Below the pieces are notes generated by a model. It was given only the letters and a program-made list of their open reading frames with translations, did not search any database and was not told the origin of the DNA. Of a stretch of DNA of 64,000 bases, positions 21,723-30,019 are shown piece by piece (the first letter of the stretch is position 1; every line of letters starts with the position of its first letter). The translations under genes and the position numbers were made by a program. Source of the stretch: an uncultured delta proteobacterium. GTDB lineage: Bacteria > Desulfobacterota > RBG-13-43-22. Location: the NCBI GenBank assembly GCA_963821645.1, contig CAWGEQ010000039.1:76402-140401 (forward strand). Reading direction: 5' to 3'.

Positions 21723-21896
21723 ATCTCAGAGTCTCCATATTCTACAAGTCAAGGAAGGGGCACCCGTTGTCGACAGATGGGTCGCCGCGCTCCCTCCATC
21801 CTAAGGCAGATACCGGCGGAGACTTCCTCAATGCTCGTTCAGGAAAGGTTTCGCCATCGGGTCAATCGGCACTCTGTTTTGCAGAATGGTCCAATG

Positions 21897-21975
21897 CGCC
21901 AATGGGCGTTGTTCCGGAGCACGCAGCTTGCGGGGCCGAAGGACCATGACAGCGGTGCCAATGACCTGGTTGAGC
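21897..21975 (-). repeat. Degenerate attC site (~90-bp family)
   Basis: GCTCAAC-CAGGTCATTGG...CCTTCGGCCCCGCAAGCTGCGTGC...ATTGGCG; homologous to 24331-24422 and 26888-26978. Confidence 0.6.
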
Positions 21976-22027
21976 AACGACTGCGTCGTCGCCAGCGGCG
22001 TTGATGGCCAGCCAGCTTCCGTACCCA

Positions 22028-22090
22028 GCTTCTCCTTTGATGTGGGGCGCTTTCATCCCCTACTCTATGCCGGTTTATCCCGGCGCTTTC
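22028..22090 (-). mobile_element. Probable 5' fragment of a group II intron
   Basis: GCGCCGGGATAAACCGGCATAGAGTAGGGGATGAAAG resembles recalled 5' domain-I starts of bacterial group II introns; no RT ORF or domain V seen. Confidence 0.45.
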
Positions 22091-22105
22091 GGTCCGACCC
22101 CCATC

Positions 22106-23002
22106 TCACCATCTCAGTAGCAAATCAGGATTCAGGTCAAGCGGTTTATACTTCCATTGTCCGTCGACCTTGACGCCGAATTCCAGTGCCTTTCTGTCGG
22201 GGGATAGGATGACGCCTTCGGTAACGTCCTCATAGCTGGGCACCTTGAATTCGGGAGCCTTCCGCGTCTTGCTGTCGGCGATAGAGAAAGCCATGAAGTC
22301 GCGGGTTGACGGTTCCCAATAGATCACTTCTCCGTTTCGAACGCACTGGTAATGGGCCGAGGTGGCAACCTTCACATAATCCCCAGCCGGGGTTCGGGCC
22401 CATATCTCGGGGATCAGGCCGCTATTCTTGTACGCAGAAGAATTCAACGAGTTGAATTCTTTGGCTTCATTTTGGGACATTGTCACAAAAATCAACGTAC
22501 CGTTGGTGTCGATCAGATAAATATAGCCAAGCTCCCTGCCGCGCATAGCTAAATCCGACTTTAAGTTGAGGACTTCAGCTTTATCAGATTTGAAGTCAAG
22601 CAATAAATGTTTCACTCCCATTCGGAACGGCTCTCCACGCAGTTGTCCTCCTTGAGAAATCAATGCCTTACTACCTTTTAGTGCGAGGATGGTGAATGGC
22701 CCGCTGCCTGGTTGCCATTCTGTATTTTTCTCACGCCGTATGATTTTGACCTCCCGAGTCTGGAGGGCATAGACCCCCAGCAAGTTTATGTCCATAACGT
22801 ACTCTGGAACGCCGCCGTCAGGGAATGCCCGCCAGCCGGCGGCCCTCCGATAGGTGAAATGATGAAAAGAGAAAACGATGGTACGTTTGTCATCTGCAAG
22901 CTGAGCGCTGACAAATGCGCTATGGTCCTCCAATGGTCCATATCCTGCCCAACAGGAGGTCACGAAGGCCAGTACGCTGATAACAAAAATGACAATCTTC
23001 AT
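22106..23002 (-). CDS. Secreted hypothetical protein (cassette)
   Basis: Signal-like MKIVIFVISVLAFVTSCWA; ATG about 10 nt after the GTTGGGA core site. Confidence 0.7.
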   Translation of the reverse strand: MKIVIFVISVLAFVTSCWAGYGPLEDHSAFVSAQLADDKRTIVFSFHHFTYRRAAGWRAFPDGGVPEYVMDINLLGVYALQTREVKIIRREKNTEWQPGSGPFTILALKGSKALISQGGQLRGEPFRMGVKHLLLDFKSDKAEVLNLKSDLAMRGRELGYIYLIDTNGTLIFVTMSQNEAKEFNSLNSSAYKNSGLIPEIWARTPAGDYVKVATSAHYQCVRNGEVIYWEPSTRDFMAFSIADSKTRKAPEFKVPSYEDVTEGVILSPDRKALEFGVKVDGQWKYKPLDLNPDLLLRW

Positions 23003-23011
23003 TTCAGTTGC

Positions 23012-23075
23012 TCCCAACGACGCGGATCACAGGCCGTGAGGAAACAAGCGGTCCTCGTGCAGCCGCAGGTCAGAA
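23012..23075 (-). repeat. attC site
   Basis: TTCTGAC-CTGCGGCTGCAC...GTGATCCGCGTC-GTTGGGA, 64 bp, directly after the NYN stop codon. Confidence 0.72.
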
Positions 23076-23077
23076 GA

Positions 23078-23833
23078 TTATTCCTTGGGCTTCTTGCGTT
23101 TGTCGCGAATATAGATCGTTTTAGAATGTCCGTCACGCTGGACTCTTTCATCCATATCAAAGAGGTTGATGGCTATGGCGAGCTCCCCAAGCTTGGTGAA
23201 GCCGTAATTCCGAGGGTCGAACTCTGAGGCCTGCTTGGCGATATTGCTGCCCACGGCACCCAAATGAGCCCACCCACTCTCGTCGGAAGCCGCCTCAACA
23301 GCACTTCTGAGAAGAGCTACCAGTTTGGCATCTCTTTTCAGTTCATTTGCCGTTTTAGGTTTGACGGCTGACCCGGCATCCTCCTGAAACCTAAGAACTT
23401 CAGTGAAGATGAATTTGTCACATGCGGATACAAAAGCTTTTGGAGTCTTCTTCTCTCCAAATCCGTACACGAGCAAACCTTCCTCTCTAATCCGGGAGGC
23501 AAGACGAGTGAAATCGCTGTCACTCGATACTAAACAGAATCCGTCAAAACGTTTCGTATAGAGCAAGTCCATTGCATCTATGATCATTGCGCTGTCTGTT
23601 GCATTCTTCCCCACAGTATAACGGAACTGCTGAAATGGCTGGATGGAGTGTTCAAGCAGGAGGGACTTCCATCCGCTTAGACTCGGTGTAGTCCAGTCGC
23701 CATAAATACGCTTCACGCTTGCAACGCCGTACTTGGCAACTTCTGACAGGAGCCCTTCCGTTATCGATGGCTGCGCGTTGTCTGCATCAATAAGCACAGC
23801 AAGCCTGCTTTGTGACGTTTCACTTACACTCAT
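23078..23833 (-). CDS. NYN (LabA/DUF88 PIN-like) nuclease with C-terminal OST-HTH/LOTUS domain (cassette)
   Basis: LIDADN, GKNATD, IDAMD, SSDSDF and FDPRNYGF motifs. Confidence 0.92.
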   Translation of the reverse strand: MSVSETSQSRLAVLIDADNAQPSITEGLLSEVAKYGVASVKRIYGDWTTPSLSGWKSLLLEHSIQPFQQFRYTVGKNATDSAMIIDAMDLLYTKRFDGFCLVSSDSDFTRLASRIREEGLLVYGFGEKKTPKAFVSACDKFIFTEVLRFQEDAGSAVKPKTANELKRDAKLVALLRSAVEAASDESGWAHLGAVGSNIAKQASEFDPRNYGFTKLGELAIAINLFDMDERVQRDGHSKTIYIRDKRKKPKE

Positions 23834-23938
23834 ATGATATTCCTTTCAGTGCTTCTAACGATTAGGGGCGCTGTGTTACTGAGACCGACCAAGGAAACAT
23901 TCTTCGATCCGCCGGCTCTTAAGGACAAACTCCACGAG

Positions 23939-24244
23939 CTATTCAATGACCGTTCCTTTGCCGGTCTCCCGATACTCAAGCTCGACATGTTTGACGAACG
24001 CGATTCTCCCCCAGGAATTGGCTGCAAATCCATGGGACGCGCACCAAGTGGTAAATGTTTCCGGATCGATGTCTGCGCGGATAGCGATATTGCCACTACC
24101 TTTAATTAATTGACATTCCCTTCCGACAAGAGCTTTCCAGTCTTCAAAACTGGCGGGCATATTTTCCGGATCGGTAAAGATCGAAAGCGCCTTGCGGTAA
24201 GTAGCCTCGTCCTTGAACCAGGCAATTCCTATAACATCGTGCAT
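23939..24244 (-). CDS. Hypothetical protein (cassette)
   Basis: ORF starting MHDVIGIAWF with AAGGAAG upstream. Confidence 0.6.
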   Translation of the reverse strand: MHDVIGIAWFKDEATYRKALSIFTDPENMPASFEDWKALVGRECQLIKGSGNIAIRADIDPETFTTWCASHGFAANSWGRIAFVKHVELEYRETGKGTVIE

Positions 24245-24330
24245 TCTGTCACTTCCTTTCGTTCTCTCTTTTCGATATGATGTCACGAGGGCTATTTAAA
24301 TATATCCAGCTATGTGCATCATTTTTACCC

Positions 24331-24422
24331 ACCTAATGCGGCATTAACTCCTGGTATAAAGTTTGCGGGGGCTGAAGGCCCATACGAGCGAGAGGCTTCG
24401 ACGTCCAATGGCTTGATTGGTG
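24331..24422 (-). repeat. Degenerate attC site (~90-bp family)
   Basis: CACCAAT-CAAGCCATTGGAC...GTTAATGCCGC-ATTAGGT. Confidence 0.6.
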
Positions 24423-24596
24423 CCGCCGTATGTCGCTGCCGACCGCTCCCGCCGCGTTCGGGTTCTGCACGATGAAAGAAACTGCCCTATACACCTCAGC
24501 TATGAAAGACATACCGACGCCCGGGGCTTCTTCCTCGTAGTAGCGGACTGCTTCCCGAAATTCCTGGTCGCTTCGGGAAGGAACTCCGTTTTGATG
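24423..24596 (-). pseudogene. Truncated RelE/ParE toxin remnant
   Basis: Translation ...EFREAVRYYEEEAPGVGMSFIAEVYRAV...NPNA; start codon lost and C-terminal half missing. Confidence 0.7.
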
Positions 24597-24822
24597 AGAT
24601 ATCCGCTATTGCGCGACGGAAGACTTCATCGGAGGGAATTCCTTTCGTCTTGCCTTCATGGAACTCTTTGAGGCGGCGTTCAGCCTCTTCCATCCATAGC
24701 TGTTCAACTTCGGAGTCAAAGGGCTCATCTAAACTCAAGAGGAGCTTTCCTGCCAATTGAGCACGTTCTTCAAGGGTCAACTCCATCGCCGTGGATAAGA
24801 TTTCATCGCTTTTCTTGGACAT
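24496..24822 (-). CDS. Addiction-module antitoxin (TIGR02574-like), with read-through C-terminus
   Basis: LTLEERAQLA..LL.SLD...W.EEAERR motif; GAAAGGAG RBS. Confidence 0.82.
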   Translation of the reverse strand: MSKKSDEILSTAMELTLEERAQLAGKLLLSLDEPFDSEVEQLWMEEAERRLKEFHEGKTKGIPSDEVFRRAIADISSKRSSFPKRPGISGSSPLLRGRSPGRRYVFHS

Positions 24823-25061
24823 ACCCTGATTCTCCTTTCATTAATACTGGTATCGCTACATCGGCGCCGACCAGGACATGGTCACGATAGAGTGATTTTA
24901 TTCGGTCCTCATTTTTTCGGTGATCGGGTGAAAGCTATGGTTCAGCCTTCCGTTATAAATTGGCATAGGTATCAGAAAAGGAACCACTTTCTAATAGGTT
25001 CTTTAAAATAGCATCTATATTCTCAGTTATGTTCTTAACGCCATTGTTGTTTTTTGGTTTA

Positions 25062-26143
25062 GGGGATGTTGTTTCTGAATTGATTTAAACAATTAATTTC
25101 TTCCCAATTATTTCGTTTCTTCTTCGGAATTGGCCAACCGGCAAACGGCCGAAGTCGTCACACCTAAAAAACGGGCAACCTCGGCCCCCTGATATCTTAT
25201 CTCTCTGACAGCCGTCCGGCAAAACAGTCTTCTGGCTTTCGAAATTCTTCTTTGCCGGCCGCCGGATCTTAATTCTTTCACCGTTATCCCCGCTTCTTTT
25301 GATATCTCGTCAGCCAACTCCATTAGGGCTTTAACTTTGCCCGACAATCTTAGCGTTTCTTTCGCCTTTTGTTCTGCCTCAGAAAATAAATCCAGAATAA
25401 ATTCACTGCTGCCTAGAATTCTCTCATCCGAGGCCGCTCGATTGTCTTTCCTCCTCAAAGACAACACTGCCGACCATCCCCCATGGCTCCGAATCAAGCC
25501 TCCTCCGACTAATTCAGGTCTTTTTCCCAAGGCAATCCCTTCGGACAAAAATTGCTCATAAAGCAAAAGAGCCCTTTTTTTCTTTGTACTGAAATAGGAG
25601 AGAATGGCCTCAATATCCTGCCAATCCCGCTTAACTCCTCCCATGATGGCGGAATGGCCGGTCCAGGGATATCTTTTCAGTTCTTCCATTCCGGGAACCA
25701 TCTTCTTTCTCAAAGGGTTTAAATGTATATACCTGGTCAGTTCCAAAAGATAAGGATCGTCTTCACAGACAATTGACTTATATCTATTCTGAAAAAGATG
25801 GCCAAACCGTTTGTGACGTCGGTTAAAATTTATCACATACCCTGTCAGCAATTTTCTCATCCCCGTTGAAAGGGGGCGGTCTTTCGTCCTGATCAACAGG
25901 TGGAAGTGATTCGACATCAAAGCCCAGGCATAAACAGCAAAATACCCCTCCCGGCAAAGTTCGGCTAGCCGTTCTATAAAATCTTTCCGATCAAAACGAT
26001 TCCTGAATATATCGGCTCTCTCGATCCCCCTCCCCATTACGTGGTGCAAGGTCCCTGGTGAATCAAGTCGTGCTTGTCGTGGCATGTTTTAACCTTATCT
26101 CCCCCAAAAGGCTCTGTCAAGTCAATTCAGAAACAACGTCCCC
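25062..26143 (-). mobile_element. RAYT element bounded by 22-bp inverted repeats
   Basis: GGGGATGTTGTTTCTGAATTGA (25062-25083) versus TCAATTCAGAAACAACGTCCCC (26122-26143); one mismatch. Confidence 0.75.
25108..26085 (-). CDS. REP-associated tyrosine transposase (Y1/HUH) with C-terminal DnaA-like HTH
   Basis: MPRQARLD, HHVMGRG, LMSNHFHLL (HUH), GHLFQNRY, YIHLNP; terminal EVARFLGVTTSAV. Confidence 0.9.
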   Translation of the reverse strand: MPRQARLDSPGTLHHVMGRGIERADIFRNRFDRKDFIERLAELCREGYFAVYAWALMSNHFHLLIRTKDRPLSTGMRKLLTGYVINFNRRHKRFGHLFQNRYKSIVCEDDPYLLELTRYIHLNPLRKKMVPGMEELKRYPWTGHSAIMGGVKRDWQDIEAILSYFSTKKKRALLLYEQFLSEGIALGKRPELVGGGLIRSHGGWSAVLSLRRKDNRAASDERILGSSEFILDLFSEAEQKAKETLRLSGKVKALMELADEISKEAGITVKELRSGGRQRRISKARRLFCRTAVREIRYQGAEVARFLGVTTSAVCRLANSEEETK

Positions 26144-26239
26144 CTTTCCAGGGGCAAGGGATGCCCGCTTTAAACTCTTTTATCTATGTATCCTCGTTGC
26201 CCCAATCTGCAAGGATTGTAAGGATATAAGAAGTCCTTT

Positions 26240-26644
26240 CTATTTCCCCGGCCTTTCATAGGGAATAATGGAGACAACCTCCGTTATACCGGAATTGACC
26301 ACAACAGTTTTGGGAATGAATTTACCTGCTTCCGGAGACTTGATCGCTTCCTTGACAATTTGAGGGACCTTTGCCCACCCCTCTTTGCAGATGTAGACGA
26401 TGACAGCACTGCCCTTAAATCTCTGGATAATATTGATGCTCGCTCTAGAGGCAAGAGGGCAATCGGTGTCCTTATTTGAATAAAGGAAAACGATCTGTTT
26501 GTCATCAGCCTTAGCCTCTTCCTTGGCCTGCTGCAACTGGTCTATTCCATAGACGTAACTGGGTATATCGAAGGCTGCCGAGACCAATGACGCCGAAAAT
26601 GTCAAGATCAATAGAACCAGTAGAACAATGCTGCACCTTTTCAT
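26240..26644 (-). CDS. Secreted hypothetical protein (possible thioredoxin-like fold)
   Basis: Signal peptide; DCPL and IPKTVVV segments. Confidence 0.6.
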   Translation of the reverse strand: MKRCSIVLLVLLILTFSASLVSAAFDIPSYVYGIDQLQQAKEEAKADDKQIVFLYSNKDTDCPLASRASINIIQRFKGSAVIVYICKEGWAKVPQIVKEAIKSPEAGKFIPKTVVVNSGITEVVSIIPYERPGK

Positions 26645-26887
26645 AAGCCCCCCTTTATCTTGTGGCCATGCACTCCTAAGAAAGTCTTTTCCAAACCTCT
26701 ACATAACCGTAGGCAGTACCTTATTGGATAAGGCTTTTCGTGTTGTTGATTGTTTCCGGGAGTAGTTAGCCTATTTTGTCTGTTTCTGGAAGAATCCTAT
26801 CCATTCAATGGCTGCCTCCATCCCTGCGTTCCCGCCTTCTCTCCGGAGTTCTCTAATGTCCCCGTATTCCTTCATGTCAGTGTCGTT

Positions 26888-26978
26888 GCCCAATGTGGCG
26901 TTGGCCTGTGGCACGCAGCTTGCGGGGTCGAAGGCCCATGCAAGAGAATGACATCGGTGTCCAATGGCCTGGTTGGTG
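26888..26978 (-). repeat. Degenerate attC site (~90-bp family)
   Basis: CACCAAC-CAGGCCATTGGAC...GGCCAACGCCAC-ATTGGGC. Confidence 0.62.
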
Positions 26979-27070
26979 CCGCTGCGGCGGCGCCGACCGG
27001 GACAGGGCACAGACAGGGGATCGAACCGCTTGTTATACAGCACTTTCTTTGTCCTCCTTCTCGAGAGCAA

Positions 27071-28066
27071 CTAAAAAGGTAGTTCATCCTCTTCGGCAAC
27101 GGGCGTTTCGGGCATCGCCCCCTTCGGGAGCGATAAGTTCGTGACGACATAAAGATTAAGAATATCGTCCCTGTCCATGAAGAGGAGCTGACTGCGTCTT
27201 GAAGAATCGAGCTTGTTGCCAAGCCAGTTCCGGGCGGCTTTGGTGATCTCCCCAGCTGCAACGATGATGGCGTGATCCACAAGGACGCGCTTTCCGATCT
27301 CAGGGTCGAAGATCTCGTGCCCCAGCATCATCATGACCTGGTTATGGATCACAGCGACATTGGCATTGCCCTCTTTGGTAATGCCCGAAGAGTCAATTTT
27401 TCCATTCTTCGCTTGGATGCCGAAATAGAGAACATGCTGCGTCGGGATGGTGAATCTCATCCACACATCCTTGCCGTACTCCAGTGCCTTATCTTTGTGC
27501 CCGGTGGCCGTGATGCGGTGGAATCCCAACTGCCGGAACAGGGGCAGTAGAACCTCCTCAATGAGTTCGTCCTCAGATGCTGTGTCTAAATAGGCAAGGA
27601 GCCGTTCCCTTCTCCTCAGCTCGGAGGCCGAGAACGGACGGTGTGGGTCCGTCGCCATCGATACGATGGTCTTTGTTGCGATATGCCGCAAATAGCACTG
27701 CCTATCTTCAGCGTAGAAGGCCTCCAAACCTTCCCGTGCCATGGCGCTATTGAGTAGAGCCAGCGCACCCGGTCTATCACTTTCTTCGTTCAGCGCGTCG
27801 GCTGGGTCCATCAAGGCCTGTATAACGCGCGAGAACGTCGCTGGTGGTGTCTGAGCGTTTGGATGAGGCTCCGCCAAGATCTGCTGAAGGGTATTGGCGA
27901 CCCAATAGTTGCGCGTGGAGCGGTCATGGACATATTCAGTATCGCAATCCTGAAAGAAGCGCGTTAGATAGCTGCTGCTGCGATAAACGAAAAAACTCTC
28001 CTCCGCCTTAAAATTTCCGCAGATCATATCCGCAATGGCCATTAGGGTACGCTGTTTGAATTCCAT
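27071..28066 (-). CDS. Putative restriction endonuclease (Mrr-like D...QAK catalytic domain) with a distinct N-terminal domain
   Basis: LFRQLGF...EYGKD...GIQAK matches the Mrr_cat pattern; the N-terminal YRSSSYLTRFF segment recalls AbiJ-type N-terminal domains. Confidence 0.62.
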   Translation of the reverse strand: MEFKQRTLMAIADMICGNFKAEESFFVYRSSSYLTRFFQDCDTEYVHDRSTRNYWVANTLQQILAEPHPNAQTPPATFSRVIQALMDPADALNEESDRPGALALLNSAMAREGLEAFYAEDRQCYLRHIATKTIVSMATDPHRPFSASELRRRERLLAYLDTASEDELIEEVLLPLFRQLGFHRITATGHKDKALEYGKDVWMRFTIPTQHVLYFGIQAKNGKIDSSGITKEGNANVAVIHNQVMMMLGHEIFDPEIGKRVLVDHAIIVAAGEITKAARNWLGNKLDSSRRSQLLFMDRDDILNLYVVTNLSLPKGAMPETPVAEEDELPF

Positions 28067-28146
28067 ATCGCGATCTAACCGTGCCCTCTGTGCTAAACGG
28101 GTAGATGCGCGCTACGTCCGGAACGCACGTAGCGACACGCTCCGGC

Positions 28147-28203
28147 GCATAATGGGCCCGGTTCACCTGCGGACCTGCGGCAGGTGCATCCGCGTTGTTC
28201 TGC
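28147..28203 (-). repeat. attC site of an ORF-less cassette
   Basis: GCAGAAC-AACGCGGATGCACC...GGTGAACCG...ATTATGC. Confidence 0.65.
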
Positions 28204-28270
28204 CGCGCTTGTGCGGCGGGACAACCGGGTGGAAAACCGGCGCCCCTTCTCGCCGACGCGCAAATACCGG

Positions 28271-28334
28271 CGAGAACGTTAGGGCTCACCAGGAGCCGGA
28301 TTTTTCGGCGATCCGGTAGAGCCGCTTGTTAGAT
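28271..28334 (-). repeat. attC site (mrr cassette)
   Basis: ATCTAAC (contains the mrr stop)-AAGCGGCTCTACC...GGTGAGCCCTAAC-GTTCTCG. Confidence 0.82.
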
Positions 28335-29260
28335 GCTTTCATCAAAATAGTCAGCATCGATCTTCTTTACCGGATACTGCGACACAATCGATACCCCAAC
28401 ATCATTTTCTATCATCAGATTGGTGAGTTGCTCCCCATCTATCAACACAATTTTGCTTCCAATTTGTGAAACATAACTGCGAGCATCATCGGTAAATCTG
28501 GAAGTCGTAATGAATATGCCTTTGTTTGCTTTCTGAGCTTGTAGCGCACCGGCAAACTGCATAACATCTGGCCTTCCAACGGGATTAGTGTCCCATCGTT
28601 TTGCTTGAATGTAGACGACATCCAGTCCTAGTTTGTCTTCCTTTATAATTCCATCGATTCCTCCATCTCCGCTTTTCCCAATGGCTTTTCCTGCGTCGGA
28701 GCGTGAACCTCCATAACCCATCTTCACGAGCAACTCGACAACGGCACGTTCGAAAAAGGATGGAGAAGATTTTTTAAGTTTTGCGAGTAGTTCAGAAGCA
28801 AGCTCATCGCGTAGATTTTCATAGGCGGCTTCCAATGCCTCGGAAGGAGTAGCTATTGAAATTTCAGGTGGTACTTCCTGGGGGACTCTCTTTCTCACCA
28901 CTTCGTGTTCCTTTCAGTTGTTGGAACTCAATGAACTCAGGATACTCTTTGAGAAGTTTTACATTGATAGCCTTTGGCTGCTTTTTGAGAAGCTCCTGCC
29001 CGCGTGGTGTAATTCGAAAGTAACCTCTCCGAGTGGCTTCAAGCAGACCAGCTTTCTTCATGTAGGTAGATGCCCAACCTACTCTATTGACAAACGTAGA
29101 TTGAAATACCGCTTGGAAGCATCTCTTTGAGATCTTCATCTGTCAGACCAAGTTCTTTTGCCAGGACTTCGACGGCCTCGCCCGTGGATGTTTCGTCTTT
29201 TTTCTCTCCGGCGAATCGAAGAAGTGGCAACATCAAGCTCTGATAATCAGGAATGGCCAT
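28329..29260 (-). CDS. mrr: Mrr type IV restriction endonuclease; two +1 frameshifts (~29105, ~28880) as sequenced
   Basis: MAIPDYQSLMLPLL, NRVGWASTYM, DGGIDG, YIQAKRW and GIFITTS motifs. Confidence 0.92.
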
Positions 29261-29279
29261 GTATCAATCTCCTTTTTGC

Positions 29280-29338
29280 ATATAACGTTACGGCTGAGGC
29301 GCGCCTTTTTTTGCGTCTCCTCCAGCCGATTGTTGGCC
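29280..29338 (-). repeat. Canonical 59-bp attC site
   Basis: GGCCAAC-AATCGGCTGGAGG...CCTCAGCCGTAAC-GTTATAT, with paired L boxes and an extrahelical G. Confidence 0.88.
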
Positions 29339-30007
29339 GATAATTTTTTCCAGATCAATAATAATCGACGTAACTCGTTTTGAGAGCCTGCTGTCTTTCA
29401 GCCCCAGGCACTTTTTGGCAAGACGTATGGCACCTTGCCATTCTTCCCGAGAAGCCGGAATTTCGACGTCGGTTGCATTGGCAAAATTAACAAAGACCAA
29501 ATAAGCGTCTCTCTTGTTGATATCTGCCAAGTAATATAGGTGAGCTAACCGGTTTGCCATTTGGTAAAGTGGGCTGTACCAAGGTGCATCCGGGTTCGCT
29601 CGGAAGGCTGTTTTGGCTTCATCCAGTCTTTTCTCTATCAGGGGAAGCGAATTGGCCGAAGCTTTGCTTCGATAATCAACAGCCTCCTCAATATGCGCCT
29701 TCGCTTCAACAAGTATCAGTTTCCCTTCTTTTGTGCAGGCAAGGGCGTCCCAGCGTGGTCCACTTTTTGGCCAAAACTCCTGTAACGGCATTCGCAGATC
29801 GTTTACACCGAGTTGTTCCAGGAACTCTTGGTCGTAATACTCAGCATAATCGTCGTCTCGAATGGGTGACCGCCATTCGATATCCGTTGTGCCCCATCCG
29901 AATGCCTTCGAAATGCAGTTATTCAGGTAGATCGAATGATCATTGACCATCACGCGAAGCCAATGTTCGCTTCGCTTTGTAGATAGTGGTCTTGATCGTC
30001 TGGGCAT
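29288..30007 (-). CDS. Putative PD-(D/E)XK nuclease (first cassette)
   Basis: WDALA...ILVEAKAH motif and YQMANR; start MPRRS after GGAGGTAGGAG; the ORF reads into the attC. Confidence 0.62.
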   Translation of the reverse strand: MPRRSRPLSTKRSEHWLRVMVNDHSIYLNNCISKAFGWGTTDIEWRSPIRDDDYAEYYDQEFLEQLGVNDLRMPLQEFWPKSGPRWDALACTKEGKLILVEAKAHIEEAVDYRSKASANSLPLIEKRLDEAKTAFRANPDAPWYSPLYQMANRLAHLYYLADINKRDAYLVFVNFANATDVEIPASREEWQGAIRLAKKCLGLKDSRLSKRVTSIIIDLEKIIGQQSAGGDAKKGAPQP

Positions 30008-30019
30008 ACTCCTACCTCC

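Noticed and set aside
21897-26978. Repeats as a CRISPR array
   Set aside because: Copies are ~90 bp, degenerate and separated by whole genes; no cas genes; the structure fits attC.
27020-27038. Additional attC starting GTATAAC-AAGCGGTTCGA
   Set aside because: Only the left half is recognisable, so it was not counted as a full site. The lone cores at 23853, 26701 and 28073 were treated the same way.
26771-27282. Overlapping short ORFs around the 26888 attC
   Set aside because: They run across attC sequence; at most a ~34-aa cassette remnant of uncertain reality.
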